Below, piece after piece: positions 27,333 through 30,491 of a stretch of 30,491 bases of DNA. Where the stretch lies: positions 1-30,491 of the forward strand of contig JZWU02000020.1 of the NCBI GenBank assembly GCA_000960865.2. Reading direction: 5' to 3'. Within the stretch, counting starts at the first letter, position 1; every line of letters starts with the position of its first letter. The notes beneath the pieces are model-generated. The model was not told where the DNA came from, did no database searches, and was given only the letters and a program-made list of their open reading frames with translations. Source of the DNA: Vulcanisaeta sp. AZ3 (lineage in GTDB: Archaea; Thermoproteota; Thermoprotei; Thermoproteales; Thermocladiaceae). The translations under genes and the position numbers were made by a program.

Positions 27333-29324
27333 GTGATGTCGGGTCTTAACATTAGGAATGTGGCTGTTCTTGGTGCTGGTACGATGGGTCACGGAATCGC
27401 TGAGGTCTTCGCAATGACGGGCTTCTCAGTCAAGCTTATGGATATATCTGATGAGATCTTAAGAAATGCTCTTAACAGAATTAGGGATAGTCTTGAGAGG
27501 TTGAGTAAGAGGGGCGAGTTGAGAGAAAGTGTGGATGCTGTGATGGCTAGGATAAGTACGACAACGGATCTAAAGACCGCAGTTGAAGGCATCGATTTTC
27601 TAGTAGAAGCAGTCCCTGAGAATGCGGAATTAAAGAAAAAGATGTTCAGTGAAGCTGATAGGTACGCACCACCCCATGCAATATTTGCCTCAAATACGAG
27701 CACAATACCAATAACTGAACTCTCTGAGGCAACAAACAGGCGCGAGAGGTTCGTTGGGATGCATTTCATGAATCCACCGCCGTTGATGAAACTTGTGGAG
27801 ATAACGAGGGGTAAGTATACGAGCGATGAAACGCTTAATACGACAGTTCAATTAACTAGATTATTGAATAAGGAACCTGTTGTTGTGAATAAGGATGTAC
27901 CAGGCTTCATAGTGAATAGAGTGCTCTTCAGGGTTATGTTAGAGGCATGCCGTGAGGTGACGCAGGAGGGCATTAGGATAATTGATTTGGATGCCATGGC
28001 AAGGAACGTGCTCGGATTACCCATGGGTCCCTTTGAACTGCTCGACTACATAGGCCTCGACACAAGCCTATTTATAGTTAGGGCAATGACGGAGAGAGGC
28101 TTCAAGGCACACCTATGCCAATTACTAGAGGACTTAGTGAGTAGGGGTAAATTAGGGGTTAAGTCAGGCGAGGGATTTTATAAATATCCAGGGGCTGGGC
28201 AGTACGTAAAACCAAGAATACTCCCTGACCAAGGCCTTGATTTAGACCCTATAAGGTTAATGGCACCAGCAATTAACGAGCTTGCTTGGCTGGTTAGGGA
28301 GGGTGTGGCTACGGTTGAGGATATTGATAAGAGCGTTAAACTTGGCCTTAATTATCCATGGGGATTGTCAGAATTTGCCGATGAGGCTGGTGTGGATAAC
28401 GTAGTAGAGGCTCTTAGGGCACTTAGGGAATCCAGTGGCTGGGAGGAGTATGAACCAGACCCATTATTGAGTGAGTATGTTAAGGCTGGTAGGCTTGGTA
28501 GGAAGAGCGGTAGGGGGTTTAAGGAATACCCTGAGATTGAGGAGAGGAAGTATGAGGAGACCCTGCTCAGGATTGACCCACCCATTGCATGGATAATCCT
28601 CAACAAACCCGATAAACTCAACGTACTAACCCCAAAAATGGCGGATGAAATTGTAACTATATTAAGGACTGTTGAGGATGATTCAAGAGCCAGGGTTGTA
28701 ATAATAACGGGAAGTGGAAAGGCATTCTGCGCAGGAGCCGATATTAATCAGTTCAAGGATGCATCACCAATTCAGATGTTCAAGGCAATGAGACATTACC
28801 ATTCCATGACCCTTGAGATTGAGTACTACACAAAACCAGTCATAGCCGCAATAAATGGTTACGCCCTGGGCGGTGGTTTGGAGATGGCCATGGCTTGTGA
28901 CGTAAGAATAGCTTCAGAGGATGCCTTACTCGGCCAGCCTGAGGTAAACCTCGGCATAATACCAGGCGCTGGTGGTACCCAGAGATTAACTAGACTAACC
29001 AATACTGGAATTAGTAAGGAACTCATACTAACAGGAAGGCAAGTGAGTGCTGAGTCCGGACTTAAGTATGGGCTCATTAATAGAGTAGTACCGAAATACG
29101 CACTTGAGTATGAAGCCAGAAGGTGGGCTAAGGAGTTGGCCGAAAAGCCACCGCTGGCATTAATGCTCGCTAAGTTTGCAATTAACTATGGCGCAGAATC
29201 ACCCATATGGAGCGCCCTAAGCAATGAGGCCTCCTTATTCGGGGTTGCCATAACCACGAAGGATTCTCAAGAGGGTGTAAGAGCATTCCTAGAGAGGAGG
29301 AAGCCTAAATTCACGGGCGAGTAA
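27333..29324 (+). CDS. 3-hydroxyacyl-CoA dehydrogenase / enoyl-CoA hydratase fusion
   Basis: GAGTMGHGIA, EAVPE, ASNTS, GMHFMNP, two 3HCDH_C repeats, then crotonase motifs AFCAGADI, GGGLE, PEVNLGIIPGAGG. Confidence 0.95.
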   Translation: MMSGLNIRNVAVLGAGTMGHGIAEVFAMTGFSVKLMDISDEILRNALNRIRDSLERLSKRGELRESVDAVMARISTTTDLKTAVEGIDFLVEAVPENAELKKKMFSEADRYAPPHAIFASNTSTIPITELSEATNRRERFVGMHFMNPPPLMKLVEITRGKYTSDETLNTTVQLTRLLNKEPVVVNKDVPGFIVNRVLFRVMLEACREVTQEGIRIIDLDAMARNVLGLPMGPFELLDYIGLDTSLFIVRAMTERGFKAHLCQLLEDLVSRGKLGVKSGEGFYKYPGAGQYVKPRILPDQGLDLDPIRLMAPAINELAWLVREGVATVEDIDKSVKLGLNYPWGLSEFADEAGVDNVVEALRALRESSGWEEYEPDPLLSEYVKAGRLGRKSGRGFKEYPEIEERKYEETLLRIDPPIAWIILNKPDKLNVLTPKMADEIVTILRTVEDDSRARVVIITGSGKAFCAGADINQFKDASPIQMFKAMRHYHSMTLEIEYYTKPVIAAINGYALGGGLEMAMACDVRIASEDALLGQPEVNLGIIPGAGGTQRLTRLTNTGISKELILTGRQVSAESGLKYGLINRVVPKYALEYEARRWAKELAEKPPLALMLAKFAINYGAESPIWSALSNEASLFGVAITTKDSQEGVRAFLERRKPKFTGE

Positions 29325-30111
29325 TAAGCATCTTACCACCGCTTAAAACCCCTATTAACACTAACGTGATTATCGAAATTATTAACGAGGCCGATGCATA
29401 GCCCAGGGCTAGTGATAATCCATAGACCTCGTAGGAATACCAAATAAGTATTGGTAATGGATATACGTAATTAAAGAATGGTGGATTAACTACGTAATAA
29501 GCCAGGATTGCTATCGATCCAAACTCGCTTATCGACCTACCCCAAGCCATGAGGAATGACGTTAACAACTCCCTATAGGTCATAGGAATTATGACCCTAA
29601 TAAACACACCCCACCAACTAAGGCCAAACGTGAGACCAACATACTCATAGGTTGGATCCAACTCATTAAACACCTGCCTAATAGCCCCCACTGCGATAGG
29701 TGCTGAAACCACAAAGTATGCAGCCACCAACCCCCATATCGTATCTACCAGAGGTAGTCTCCTAATGATTGGTATTGGCGATATTGGAGATACAAGAATT
29801 AATAATGAGAGGCCAACTATAGTATGCGGTATTGTTAATGGGCTCAGAAGAACACTATCGACGATTCTATCCACGGGTTTAGGCATTAATCCCCTAGATA
29901 TCGCATAGGCCGTGGGCGCACCCAGAACTAGATCTAGTGCCGCAGCAATTGAGGCACCAAGCACAGTAACAAACATACTCTCAATAAATACACTACTCGT
30001 CAATGCCCTAACTAGGTATTTCGAGCCCACATAAAGCAATGTAAACATTGGTAGGATCAGTAATAAGGAGATTAAAATCACGAATGGTATGAATATTTTT
30101 GAACGATCCAC
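29311..30111 (-). CDS. Molybdate/tungstate ABC permease (ModB/WtpB family)
   Basis: PLTIPHTIVG, EAA-like loop DPTYEYVGLTFG, AWGRSISEFG motifs. Confidence 0.88.
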   Translation of the reverse strand: MDRSKIFIPFVILISLLLILPMFTLLYVGSKYLVRALTSSVFIESMFVTVLGASIAAALDLVLGAPTAYAISRGLMPKPVDRIVDSVLLSPLTIPHTIVGLSLLILVSPISPIPIIRRLPLVDTIWGLVAAYFVVSAPIAVGAIRQVFNELDPTYEYVGLTFGLSWWGVFIRVIIPMTYRELLTSFLMAWGRSISEFGSIAILAYYVVNPPFFNYVYPLPILIWYSYEVYGLSLALGYASASLIISIITLVLIGVLSGGKMLITRP

Positions 30112-30126
30112 CCCTAATCACCGCGC

Positions 30127-30491
30127 CTATCCACTACCACCATACATGAGCAATGTTGAATTGACCAAAACCCTAATCATTAGTGGCGCAGCACTAATAT
30201 TGCCATAAAATATAGTCGGAACCAATGGTTGGATACCCAAGCTTCTCATGAGCGCTTGTCCACGTGGCGTTATTAGAAATAATATTAACTCCTCAGCCAA
30301 AGCCTTATTGGGCGCCTGCTTTGGTATTGTCATAGCCAATTGTATTGGCGCACCCCTTACAGTCAAGCTTTGGCCACCAACAACAATCACGACACTCGAC
30401 TCACCATAGAATGATGAGTATTGAGGATTGCCAAGATTCACTTGGGGTGGTAATGGGAAGTATGGTAAGCCCGCACTAATAGCCGATGACT
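30127..30491 (-). CDS. Molybdate/tungstate ABC substrate-binding protein (ModA/WtpA family), 3' partial
   Basis: Open to the window edge: SSAISAGLPYFPLPPQVNLGNP...GAPI..AMTIPK.APN..LA..LI.FL....G. Confidence 0.85.
   Translation of the reverse strand, partial: SSAISAGLPYFPLPPQVNLGNPQYSSFYGESSVVIVVGGQSLTVRGAPIQLAMTIPKQAPNKALAEELILFLITPRGQALMRSLGIQPLVPTIFYGNISAAPLMIRVLVNSTLLMYGGSG

Noticed and set aside
1704-29077. Many short antisense or alternative-frame ORFs in the ORF track (e.g. 5257-5892, 6134-6481, 8138-8488, 14742-15170, 27389-27769)
   Set aside because: They overlap well-supported genes and have shadow-ORF composition with no motifs.
1-30491. CRISPR array, rRNA or autonomous transposase
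   Set aside because: No regularly spaced repeats, rRNA-like tracts or transposase ORFs seen.

Overview
Archaeal chromosomal window. Crenarchaeal gene set, an intron-containing tRNA and AGG/TTA/ATA-rich codon usage suggest Thermoproteales, probably Vulcanisaeta-like (inference). Mostly housekeeping and metabolic genes: rpl24 3' end, rps4e, frameshifted glyA, ATP-dependent DNA ligase, PfkB kinase, nucleotidyltransferase, PPP phosphatase, TRAM protein, GGR-family reductase, GT2, CDF and NiCoT-like metal transporters, GDPD, aminotransferase, tRNA-Leu(UAA) with a 30/31 intron, ABC-2 exporter, a secreted glycoprotein, MFS, SDR, prpB, 3-hydroxyacyl-CoA dehydrogenase/crotonase fusion and Mo/W ABC genes. 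Most notable: (1) two coupled paralogous CdvA-like coiled-coil genes near a minimal P-loop ATPase and a Ser/Thr phosphatase, in a lineage with no known division machinery; (2) a ~158-bp non-autonomous IS200/IS605 (tnpB omega-RNA-like) element that supplies the stop codon of the GT2 gene; (3) a C/D box sRNA; (4) a TRAM gene that seems to need an ACG start; (5) twin TGATATCA palindromes between the divergent metal transporters; (6) two G5-for-G6 frameshifts that are probably homopolymer errors.
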